Shown: piece after piece, positions 1-10,864 of the stretch
How positions within the stretch are numbered: the stretch's first letter is position 1
How the letters are laid out: the number at the start of each line of letters is the position of its first letter
Assembly: GCA_964016885.1 (NCBI GenBank)
Contig: OZ024745.1
Span: forward strand, 93,992,001 to 94,056,000
Direction of reading: 5' to 3'
DNA length: 64,000 nucleotides
DNA from: Eledone cirrhosa
Lineage: Eukaryota
Notes under the pieces: generated by a model
Databases searched by the model: none
What the model was told of the DNA's origin: nothing
The model's input: the letters and a program-made list of their open reading frames with translations, nothing else
Program-made: the position numbers and the translations under genes

Positions 1-302
1 CCACAACAGGACAACCTGTCTAACCTATGCTAGCGTGGAAGAATGGATGTAAAATGGAGATGATGATGATATCATCATCATCATCATCATCGTTTAACGT
101 CCATCTTCCACGCTAGCATGGGTTTGCATGGAAGATATAAATATATATATATCATCATTATCATCACCATTGAACGTCTATTTTCCATGCTAGCATGGGT
201 TAGACGAGTTGGTCCGTTGTGAGACAAGTCAGATCAGGTGACTGAGTCTTGCTCAAAACAGAACTGTTTCTGGTTTGGTTTCTATGGCTGTATCCCCTTC
301 CT
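1..302. mobile_element. RTE-LINE 3' UTR/tail fragments, tail-to-tail (+ 1-70; - 71-124; - ~152-302)
   Basis: Match the 3' UTR and (GAT)n tail of the intact RTE at 52937-53100 (CCATGCTAGCGTGGAAGAA...GATGATGAT). Confidence 0.8.
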
Positions 303-834
303 ACTATAAAATATGTGTGTATGTGTGTGTGTGTGTATGTGTGTATGTACAGCTTTCCTAAAGATAGTCATGACATGCAGTATATATGTAACTATGTATG
401 TTTGTATATTGAGGAGTAAAAGGGGTGAGATTTATTTTTAAGATGGAATAAAGTCATGTAATTGTGTGCTTGTGTCACAAAAGGTTTTCTGCATATACAA
501 ACACACAAGCTAAAAGTTAAATGTAAATGTCTATTTAAAGTTTATTAATTAAGTATATTTCTGGTATGGAAAAGTGTTTAAACTCGTTAGACCATATGCC
601 AATGTCATAAAAACAACAGCAAATTATTCGTTAAATAAATTAAAGAATAATAGGAAAATAATTGTTTATGATATTGAAAATACTTAGCCAGTTACGTATT
701 TGGGGCTGTAATGAGGAATTACATTATACAGTTGCAAGGAATGTTAAATCTTTTTCATAATGATCCAATCTTGGCATCTTCAAATAGAATCAATTTACTG
801 CTTTCAACATCTGATCAACTGAAATTGAGTGTTC

Positions 835-1803
835 AAACTTTCCCAAACTGTTAAAATATTTGATAAATATATATATATTTATATACATACTCCCCCAAAC
901 TGTTAAGATATTTGATAAATGTATATATATACAAACTCATTCAAATTGTGAAAATATTTGATAAATGTATATATATCTATATACAAACTCCCTCATATTG
1001 TAAAAATATTTGATAAATGTAACGGAGTAGGTAGACCCAGAAAGAGCTGGGATGAGGTGATAAAAGCTGACCTTGCACACTTGCCCCTCTCTAAGACAAT
1101 GTCACAAGATTGAGATCTGGCACTATGCAGTAATATAGAAGACCCGCCTTCCCTTGCGTACAAACTTAAACCTATACTCAGTAGGCACCTCTTAATCCAA
1201 TATACACCTCACACCTCCTACACCTTCCTCCTACTCCTGCCCACACCAGCCTTTCTCTGTCAAGTTATGTTGGTACCACAAAATCACTGTAAAGTGGTCG
1301 TATAGGTGTCCCGACAAAAAGCACACAGTCCACACAGTAAAGTGGTTTGTGTAGGAGACACTGTAAAAAGCACCCAACACACACTGTAAATGTGGTTGCG
1401 TTATGAAGGGCATCCAGTCATAGAAAACAAGCCAGAAACAGTCCTATATGAGCGAGACATGGTCACCCATGCTAGCATGGAAGCTAGACGTCAAACGATG
1501 ATGATGATATCTATATACAAACTCCCTCTAACTGTTAAAATACTTGATAAATGTATATATATTTATATACAAACTCCCTCTAACTGTTAAAATACTTGAT
1601 AAATGTATATATATTTATATACAAATTCCCTCTAACTGTTAAAATACTTGATAAATGTATATATATTTATATACAAACTCCCTCTAACTGTTAAAATACT
1701 TGATAAATGTATATCTATATACAAACTCCCTCTAACTGTTAAAATACTTGATAAATGTATATTTATATACAAACTCCTTCAAACTGGTAAAATATTTGAT
1801 AAA
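835..1803. repeat. ~46-54 bp AT-rich minisatellite interrupted by an RTE fragment
   Basis: Unit AAACTCCCTCTAACTGTTAAAATACTTGATAAATGTATATAT.. recurs on both sides of 1021-1508. Confidence 0.9.
1021..1508 (+). mobile_element. 5'-truncated RTE LINE (family B) 3' end
   Basis: Encodes GVGRPRKSWDEVIKADL, as in the C-terminus of the 53239-56358 ORF. Followed by a related 3' UTR and a (GAT)n tail. Confidence 0.85.
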
Positions 1804-2608
1804 CGTCTTTTCAAATCAATTTTATGAATATATATATATTCAGAGATGTATATATCTATATACAAACACATTTATACACTCACATACATACCCTGTACTA
1901 ACAATTTTCTGACAAGTCATCATTTATAATTTTTTATATCCACTTTCCATTCTTTCATGGGTTGGATTGGTAATCACAGTTTGAGTTAGTTCTAATGTCA
2001 AGTTACTGCTTTCCAAGATGTCTTTCAGGTACATTCCTTTCTTGGTATGGTTTCTACAACTGGATGCCCCTCATAACACCAACTACTTTACAGTGTGTAC
2101 CGGGTGTATTTTATTGTGGCACCAATGCAAGAGAGGTTGTCACAGCTGGATGACCTTCATAATACCAACTACTTTATAGTGTTTACTGGGTGTATTCTAT
2201 TGAGGTACCAATGCTAGAAAGGTTGTCATATCCTCAGCTAAACTTTCATCCATTTGAGGTTGATAAAAAAAGTACCAGTCTAGTACTGGAGTCAATTCTT
2301 CTTCTATATCTCTCTCATATCCATTATCTCACTCTCTATCCTTCTCTGCAAGAAATCTGCTGTATTCAGACCTGGAGAAGAGATGGGCTCTGCCAGGTTT
2401 TTAAATGTCCTAAAAATGCCATATGTCAATGTGGTACCCCTGTGACTCCTTCAAAATTTATGGGTTCATACATAGTTTTAATGTTTTTTTAAAATAGTAA
2501 AACATATGTTTAGAAAACATCATTGCACTTCAGCTCCATTTAAATAATTATTCTCACCTGAAACGACACACAGAAGGTGTAGTTTAGGTTGGAACTATTG
2601 TTTCTCAC

Positions 2609-2758
2609 CTGTAACGACACACAAGTGTAGTCAAAGTGGAAATAGTTGTGGTTCTCTGGTCCCCAGGTGCAACTGTATCCTTTATTGAAGTGCCATGTAA
2701 CTGAAGTTGTAGTCTTCATCAATTACCAATCGATAAACGCATATTTATTTTATAGATT
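2609..2758 (-). other. Candidate spliced exon (non-coding/5' UTR or first coding exon) of a minus-strand transcript
   Basis: Minus strand: acceptor TTTTATCTCACTAG| at 2758 and donor TACAG|GTGAGA at 2609. A duplicated second donor TTCAG|GTGAGA lies at 2558. Stops occur in all frames near the 5' end. Confidence 0.35.
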
Positions 2759-2789
2759 CTAGTGAGATAAAATTGATGTGAGTCTGAGA

Positions 2790-3180
2790 AGATCGCGAAT
2801 ACAAGCGGCTGAAATGTGATTCCTCCGAAGGGTCTTTGGAGGAACATTACTTGATAAAATGCGTAGCCCGGAGATCAGAGAGTTACTCCAGGTGGAGCCG
2901 CTACTTCTTTGGATTGAAAGATCACAGCTCCTGTACTACGGGCATGTGGTTAGAATGTCTTAGGAAAGAACCGCTGGACAGATTTTATGGGTGAAACCAA
3001 CAGGTACGAGACTCAGGGGTAGATCCCCGAGCAAGATGGTTGGATAACATCCATGAGCTTGGCTGGTCATGCTTGATCCGGCCAGATCAGTTGGAAACAG
3101 TTGCTTCTGACAGGACCTGCTGGAGGGAGTATTTGAGGACTGCCTTCACAACCCTCTCAGGAATAAGTAGAAGAAGAAGA
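2790..3180 (+). mobile_element. 5'-truncated RTE LINE (Expander/Rex3-like family C)
   Basis: Translates to ..LQVEPLLLWIERSQLLYYGHVVRM.. with a (GAA)n tail. Flanked by direct repeat AGTCTGAGA (2781-2789, 3181-3189). Confidence 0.85.
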
Positions 3181-4374
3181 AGTCTGAGATTACAGATAGA
3201 AAGAGAGATGGAATTAAATGTTAGAAATAATTTACCATTTCTATGAACTCAGTGACCATAAGATAGATGGAACAAGTAGATTAACATTTCTATAGATTTA
3301 TAACTGAAGAAATATTCAGAATTGTTTCCAGAATATCCAACATATATTTATATGAATGTAATTACGGTAATTAGTTTGATTCTGCTGATGAAACTGCTAA
3401 TTATTTCTTATTAATTTTAATATAATAAATTACAGGGTGGCAAGCTGACTGAGTTATTAAGGCATTGGATTTAATAAATACCTCAGTATTTGTTCCAGGT
3501 CACTGTGCTCTGAGATCAGATTTACCTTTCATCTTTTGGAGGTTGATAAATAATGTACCAGTCCAGTACTGTGGTCGATTCCCCCCCCTCTCTTTCTCTC
3601 CTCCTCCTTCTCCTAGATAGGAGGTAGAGTGTTGACACCATAGAAGCGAAAGTGTCAACAGACATAAACGATCCACCTCTCTTTCACATACAAACACACA
3701 CTCTCTCACTGCATTTTTCTCTCAATAACAATTTCACCCTTATTCCTTTCTTCTATATATATGATGTGACAGGGGTTATCTCCCATTTTGATTCCTCCCC
3801 TTCTTCTCTCTCTCTACTTATATGTTGTGATGGACAGACTTGTCTTTTATCATATAGATTGCATCTTTTCCTTTATGATGGAATTACTCTCTCATTGAAT
3901 TGGAGAACTTTGACATTTTTTTTTTTAAGAATGATTATTAGAATTCAAATATAGTAGTAGTAATTTAGTATCAGTTCTGTGGAAAGCAGATGTATGAGGT
4001 ATGTTATTGTGGTATAAGGCAAACAATATATCTATTCTTTTAGATTCTTATCATCATCATCATCATCATCACCATCACTATCATCACCCTCATCCTCATC
4101 ATCGTCATCATCATCATCATCACTCATCTACAGTTTTCCATACTGATATGGGTTGGATGAAATTTTTTGAGACAGTGATGTATATGAAGGATGTCAGTTT
4201 ATAAAAAAATTGCCAAGCTCTTCAAATGGATGAAACCTATAGAACAGAGGGAAATCAAAAAAGATATGGGGGGAATTGGTAAAGACTGATTTCAAGATGT
4301 TAAAAATCCATGATGACTGACAAAATGCAGAAATGGAGAAAACCCACCCATCAGTACAAGTATGCAAAATAATG

Positions 4375-4589
4375 GTTTCTGATTTAGGCACAAGGCCAGC
4401 AATTTTGGGGGGAGGGAAAAGTCAATTAAATCGACCCCAGTGCATTACTGGTATTTTAATTTTATTGATTCCGTAATGGTGACAGGCAAAGCTAACCTTG
4501 ATGGGATTTGAACTCAGAATGTAAAGGACTGTAACTCTATGTCGCGAAGCATGGTGTCCAACAATTTACTGATACTGGCAATCCACTGC
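4375..4589 (-). mobile_element. tRNA-derived SINE (family 1)
   Basis: Diverged copy of the element at 22906-23093 (B-box GAGTTCAAATCC, tail GGCCTTGTGCCTAAA). Confidence 0.75.
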
Positions 4590-4774
4590 AAGCATGTAAA
4601 ATAATGCTGTTAAAATAATGTTGGTGTCATGATAAAATGCACCTTGTACACTCTGTAAATTGACTGGCAAATGAAAGGAGACACTGTAGGATAAAGAAGG
4701 ATTCTTTAGTGTAAAACAACCTCTTTAGTGCTGGTGCCACCATAAAAACTAAGTACACATTCTTTAAGCAGGTA

Positions 4775-5174
4775 CTTTCGGGTCCCAAATAATAGAAGGT
4801 TGGAATAAGCAGGGTGATTCGAAAATCGGTAATTTTTCTTGGTTATCTTTGTTGATATTTTTAAAAACCAGAATTAGTTGTTTAGTTTACATATTGAAAC
4901 CCCTCAACCTATCCTATTTATTTTATAACATATGGGATTTCTAGTAATGTACTTTTTTTGTCATGTACAATGTTTTTTAATGTATAAAGAAAATTAATTG
5001 TTGCAGGAATGCTACCACTTAAAATAAAATTTTGCCAGAGATAGATTAGCAAAATTTAATAAGCTGAGGGGGTGGTGGTGGTGGAAAAACAGTGAGGTGG
5101 GGGTGTTTGGAAACAATCCGAGAAATTAATAAGTGTGTGTGAGTGTGGTGGGGGCATTATTCAAGACCTGAGAG
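4775..5174. mobile_element. Putative Tc1/mariner-type MITE
   Basis: Imperfect TIRs CTTTCGGGTCCCAAATAAT / ATTATTCAAGACCTGAGAG, each flanked by TA. Confidence 0.5.
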
Positions 5175-5325
5175 TACTTCTTGAAGAGGGATGAATTCCA
5201 CTATGTTGACTTGCTCTAGCAAGAATACATAAAGATAATAAGTCAATGGGAAAGCCTTGAAGTGGTTACTCAATCTCTATAAAATAACAGCTAAATTTCA
5301 TTCAAATTCCACCATACCATCTTAA

Positions 5326-5536
5326 CCCTTTAGTATTTAAACCGGCCATAACTATCTCACCTCTTTCTGTTCAAACCGGCTGTAACTGGCTGCTCATACC
5401 TACATTAAGGTATTGTTCTCAAAATAAATAACATCAAAATCTTGTATATTCGATATTATGTGAGATAATTATGTAAGATAAAGCCTTTACCATGAAAATA
5501 CAATAGTAAATATAGAGTATTGTAAATGCTAAAGGG
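5326..5536 (+). mobile_element. piggyBac-type MITE
   Basis: TTAA|CCCTTTAGTATTTA...TAAATGCTAAAGGG|TTAA; many copies in the window. Confidence 0.9.
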
Positions 5537-5716
5537 TTAAAACAAAGCAGAGCTATATAGAATAATGTAGCCATAGATACACTGTTTGGGAGGTGGGGTT
5601 AAAAAGATGCAATGGTAATAACTGGAATACTTTTGATCTTAGATCTGCTGGATCAAACCCAATCTGGGCCTAAACACCAAAATTAACAACATGTTGACTG
5701 TCTTCATTTCTGTTCC

Positions 5717-6372
5717 AATGTATTATATAACTCACCAGATGTATAACTACTATTAGAAAGACCAAATAAATACATATTTAATAGATAAGTCTTCTTTGAT
5801 GTACATAACTAACCAGATGTATAAATACTATTAGAAAGATCAAATAAATATATATTTATAGATGAGTCGTCATTGATGTACTAATGTATTACATAACTCA
5901 CCAGATGTAAACATACATATAGAAAGACCCAGTAAATATATATTTAATAGATAAGTCTTCATTGGTTGTACTAGAAGACCCCATTCGGTCACGAATGACC
6001 ATGTGATTTGCACCTGGAAAGGTTCCCGCCGAGGTACAAGTCTGGGCAAGGTTGTTTGAGGAAGACTAGCAGTCACTCATGCATACCAGCCTCCCATCTC
6101 CACTCCGCTGATGTCCAAGGGAAAGGCTATGGCCAATACAGCTTGACACCAGTGACGTCGCAACTCATTTCTACAGATGAGTAAATGGAGCAAGGTGAAA
6201 TAAAGTGCTTTGCTCAAGGACACAACGCATCACCTAGTCCGAGAATCAAACTCACACCCTTTCGATTGCAAGCCCAATGGTCTAACCACTAAGCCATGTG
6301 CACTAGTGTATTACATAACTCACCAGATGTACACATACATTTAGAAAGACCCAGTAAATATATATTTAATTG
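5717..6372. repeat. ~80-90 bp minisatellite split by a SINE
   Basis: Unit ACATAACTCACCAGATGTA..AGAAAGACC..AAATATATATTTAATAGAT occurs three times before 5970 and once after 6301. Confidence 0.8.
5973..6301 (-). mobile_element. tRNA-derived SINE (family 2)
   Basis: Minus strand has a tRNA-like head (TGGCTTAGTGGTTAGA..GAGTTTGATTC) followed by GTGTCCTTGAGCAAAGCACTTTATTTCAC. Related heads occur at ~14550-14645, 17300-17438, 23175-23300 and 31320-31439. Confidence 0.8.
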
Positions 6373-6804
6373 ATAATGAAATATTGAAAGGGTTGAGAGA
6401 AAATAGAGTTATTTCAATCTTCTTAGACCAGAAATGCTGAACTTAATTGAAAACTAAATATAAAACCTCATTAGTTTTTATGTCTTTCAATAACATTTAA
6501 TTGTAATTGGAAAACATTTAATTCTTTGTTAATGTTAAATTGAACTGAATTTAAATACATTATCAACATAGAAGGGAATTTTCAAATCATTTAATATATA
6601 TATATATTTTTAAAATGGTTATAAATAGATTTTGAAGTAGAAACCAGATTTATTGACTGACTGGAATGAATGGTATTTAGTTTCAATAAAACTTGAATTA
6701 AACCTGACAGTAAACATCTACTCACAGAAATCTAAGTTTCAATAGACAAGAATACAAATATGCCACTTCAGTTATCTGTCTCATTCTTATTTAACATTTC
6801 TTAA

Positions 6805-7233
6805 CCATTTAGCATTTAAACCGTCCATATCTGGCCAGAATCCTCTCACATCTTTCTGTTCAAACCAGCCATAATTGGTCACTCATGTAGACATCATCAT
6901 CATTTAACCATTTAGCATTTAAACCGGCTATATCTGGCCAGAAACCTCTCACATCTTTCTGTTCAAACCAGCCATAACCAGCCACTCATGTAGACATCAT
7001 CATCATCCCTTAACCATTTAGCATTTAAACTGGCTGTATCTGGCCAGAATTCTCTCACATCTTTCTGTTCAAACCAGCCATAACCAGCTGCTCATACTTA
7101 TGTTAAGGTGTTGTTCTCAAAATAAATAATTTCATAATCTTGTAGATTCGATATTATGTGAGATAATTATGCGAAATTAAGTGTTTACCATGAAAATACA
7201 ATATTAAATATAGATAATGTAAATGCTAAAAGG
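6805..7233 (+). mobile_element. piggyBac MITE (7014-7233) preceded by two tandem copies of its 5' ~90 bp
   Basis: TTAACCATTTAGCATTTAAAC head at 6801, 6904 and 7010; a single right end AAATGCTAAAAGG|TTAA at 7233. Confidence 0.8.
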
Positions 7234-7379
7234 TTAAGTCATGGATTTGATTATAAAGGATTAGTATCAACTTAAATTTCTTCCTCTTTCCCTTTTCATT
7301 GAGAGTCAGTATGGTTTATAAACAGGCATATTCACTAGGGTTTTTCCTTTTTTAAGTGTTTGGTGATAGAAATGGCATC

Positions 7380-7720
7380 CAGCTATAGAAAGCTTGCTAA
7401 ATAAAGGGTTGGGAGGACCCTTCAGTTGTGTCAAGGCCATGGCAGCGTCGCTAGTGTTGGTGATCAACATGATAAATGTACTTAGTACATGCTGTAAAGT
7501 GGTTGGTGATATGAAGGGCAGCCAGCCATAAAAAAGTTTGCTAAAAAAGGGTTAGGAGGAGTCTTCAATCATGTCAAGGACATGATAGCCTCCCTAGTTT
7601 TGGTTATCAACATAATAAATGCATGCAGTTCACACTGTAAAGTTGTTGGCAATATGAAGGGGAGCGAGCCATAGAAAGCTTGCCAAATAAAGGGTTGGGA
7701 GGACCCTTCAGTCATGTCAA
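7380..7720 (+). repeat. ~143-bp tandem repeat built from the RTE/SINE GAAGGGCATCCAGC module
   Basis: AGAAAGCTTGCTAAATAAAGGGTTGGGAGGACCCTTCAGT-like block at ~7387, ~7530 and ~7673. Confidence 0.65.
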
Positions 7721-8126
7721 AGACATGCCAACCTCTCTTGTGCACTCGGTCAATTATAAGTGAGATGCTGACCTCACCCCCATAAGGGCAGCTTGGGAGG
7801 TCAGTAGCCCCATTTCAATACTGACTTGGTCTATGTAGACTCACCCAACTGTTGCTAGCAGGGAAAGCAGACATTAAACAATGACAATGGTGATAATGAT
7901 GTCACTCCCCAAGGATCATGGCTCCTCTGAACTTGCTGATTGACTATCAGCTCCACATAAACTGTTTCTATACCACACCTGTCTCTGGATATCCTGTCAC
8001 CTCCACCATACCTCTCAATATATTCCCTGTCACCATTAGTGTTTATCCCTTTGTAAACTCCCCACTAAATACTTTACCCAGTCCTTCTTCGCCAGTACTG
8101 ATAGTTTTCTCTCTCAAACTAAGCCT

Positions 8127-8164
<38 letters not shown>

Positions 8165-8370
8165 AGAATTATACCAGTTTTAAACTAGTAAAACTATTAT
8201 TCAGCAGAGTACTCGATACTTGGGATAGTAGAGTCTAATTATATTAATAGTAGAGTCTTGCTGTTTCAAAATGACATGAGCTCAATCAGAGACTATAGCG
8301 ATTATTTGGATGGTCGTGTTGGTAGTTGATTGTGTTGTGGTGTTGATTCGTTTGTTGCGTGTGTACTCAC

Positions 8371-8513
8371 TTGTAGCTTGCTGTCGTGTGTTCAATGAAA
8401 TGTAGTTCAATTGATTTAAATTTACCTCATTTGCCCAAGATATTGAGCAATCGACACTGAGACGTTGTGATTGCAAAGGAATGTTTTTGTTCGGTCATGC
8501 ATTACTCAGAACA
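8371..8513 (-). other. Candidate exon of a minus-strand transcript divergent from the gasdermin gene
   Basis: Minus strand: T-rich acceptor TTTGTTGTTGTTTTTTTATTGATAG| at 8513. Donors GAG|GTAAAT (8426) and CAA|GTGAGTA (8371). Unique, CpG-containing sequence. Confidence 0.4.
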
Positions 8514-8751
8514 CTATCAATAAAAAAACAACAACAAACAATAGTTCAGTTCTACTACTTAAAGTATGTTAATATTAACCCTACCTGTTGTGTTTCTCGC
8601 GGTTGACGTTTCTAAGTAATTAACTTGTTTTATTCTACTATTACCTCTATTGTTTCTGAAACTATTACAATAATACTGAGTATCAGTTTTAACTTCACCC
8701 AATTCCCTAATTCCTATTACGTTTGGCGTAGAACAGGACAAATTCCTTTAA

Positions 8752-8925
8752 CCCTTTAGTATTTACATTACTCTATATTTACTATTATATTTTCACAGTA
8801 AGCACTTTATCGAATCTACAAGATTATTTTGAGAACAATACCTTAACATAAGTATGAGCAGCCGGTTTGAACATCAAGAGGTGACAGAAATCTGGCTGGA
8901 TATGGCCGGTTTAAAGGCTAAAAGG
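8752..8925 (-). mobile_element. piggyBac-type MITE
   Basis: TTAA-flanked inverted copy of 5326-5536. Confidence 0.85.
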
Positions 8926-9618
8926 TTAAACTATACTTTATCATGAACAGGTTTTATCGAATCACTTTTATGTTCTTGTGGAGAATATTCAGAAATTTCA
9001 TGCTGTTATTTGTTCCAATGCGGCGAAAAAATACTAGTCTAAAAGAGAAGCCATTTTAAAACAGGTCTTTAAAAGGCTACCAATGCTTGGGGCTGCAATT
9101 TATTTTCAAGGATCCATCAACCAATTAACCATAAATAAGATCTTCCAATTCATGTAGGTTGCAAAACGATTTAAAACAGAAATATTTAACTGTTCTTATC
9201 TGTCTCGTTATATATAAGGGATATTAGATACAGTTTTAAGTTTTAAATAACATTCACCACAACGATAGCAGCAACAGAAACGTCCAACACATAGACTGCC
9301 TCTTTTAAAGGGTTTTATCATTAGGTGATGTGGTAATGTATGAGATGATTCGATGCGACGAGATGGCGACATTTAATAACCCCCCCCCCAAAGGTAGTGT
9401 AAAAAGTAGAGAGAAAGAGAGTTGAAGGGGGTTAGTTGCGAAACATGAAAAATAGCTTATATAAAGGGTGGGATGTGGTAAAAAATGTCATGTGTCTGAC
9501 ACTGTAAGACTCAGTGAGAGAGAGAGAGAGAGAGAATTGTGTGGAATGAAAAGGAAAAATATCTAAGAAAAACAAAGTAAAAATAAAACAGAGAAGAAAA
9601 AAAAACAGAACTAGGAAA

Positions 9619-9630
9619 GAAAGTGAAAGT
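9619..9630 (+). promoter_or_regulatory. IRF/ISRE-type motif upstream of the gasdermin exon
   Basis: GAAAGTGAAAGT. It lies in purine-rich low-complexity DNA, so a chance match is possible. Confidence 0.3.
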
Positions 9631-10436
9631 GAGATATTGAAAAGAAAGAAAAGAACAGTAAATACGAGAAGGAAAGAGAGAGAACAAGAAAATGGGAGGA
9701 GAGTAAGGGCGTCCAGTTGTAAAAAAAAAATATTTGAAAATGCCCCACCCTTCACTTTTCGGTAAATTACTTTCTATAACTAAAACTAACAAAACCCCCA
9801 AACCAAAAGATAACCGAAAAAAAAAGAACCTTCCTGATACCATTTGACTTCCATAGATCTCACGAGGAGCTTTATATATCGTTTAATATATCTAGTTTTT
9901 ATTATTGTCGTAATAAGCTGAAAGCAAACAAACAAAAAAAAAAAAAATGCCCAGAAGGCTGCTGCTTGCTACTAATCAAGATTTGACAGCTGAATTAATG
10001 AGAGCTGGGCTATTCAATATAGTTTTATGTATGATGCAGCAATAATCTTTTGCTTTTAGTTACTGAAGTGAATTAACTCGCTGATACCGCCACTAAAAAG
10101 CACACTACAGTACAAGCACGTAGTCATTAGAGTATGTGCAAACGTTTAAGCGATAAATGTCACTAAACTCTGCCACTACTTACAATGACTAGTTATAAAC
10201 CAACAAAGGAATTTTATTATATTTGCAAAGCTCAAAGACAAACGATTTAAATTTGCGACTCGTTTAAATATATTTATGAAAACACACTTTCTGTACTAAA
10301 AAAGGGATTCCATAGAATTCTTGTGATAATAGTTCAGTCGATTATAATATAACTGACGAACACCATCAAAAGCTAAAGTATTCTTTTGTTTTCAAACCAA
10401 CTATCTTCTGCAGTTGTTTAGAGACAAACTACAAAC

Positions 10437-10864
10437 ATGAGGGACATGTTTTCAACTACCATTTCTAAACTAGTAAATGAATTAGGCAGGGACACACTTC
10501 ATGCCACCCCGAGTGTAGATGAAGCAGAGAAAATTCAGTTATACAATATTGTTATCAAACATAAAAAGAAACATTTTTGGCAGGCTGAATATCGACTGGA
10601 ACCACTTTCATCCAGCATTGAAACTCTTTTGAAAAACTCAGAAAACAAATCTACTGACACCCTGCAGTCAATTGTCAGAAATAGGGAGTTAGGTGACTAC
10701 TCTTTCCAGTTGTCCACCGATACAAAGGGCCAACTAGGTGTCGAAATTTGCAAAAACGGTATTGATGTGGATGGAGATGATACAAGTACAAACGGCATGA
10801 ATACGGCTAAATTGGAGAAGGTTTACGTTACGGAGTATGAACTGGAGAAGGCCTTAAACAATAG
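10437..10864 (+). CDS. First coding exon of a gasdermin (GSDME/PJVK-like); first ~140 aa of the pore-forming domain
   Basis: MFSTTISKLVNEL..PSVDEAEKIQLYNIVIKHKKKHFWQ..SIETLL..AKLEKVYVTEYELEKALNNR parallels human GSDME MFAKATRNFLREV..SNLNDSDKLQLLSLVTKKKRFWCWQ..TLGDVL..GTLRKQEVDLQQLIRDSAER (recalled, aligned by eye). Acceptor TCTTCTGCAG| at 10413/10414; donor AATAG|GTAAAA at 10864/10865 (phase 2). Alternative ATG at 10446. Confidence 0.85.
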
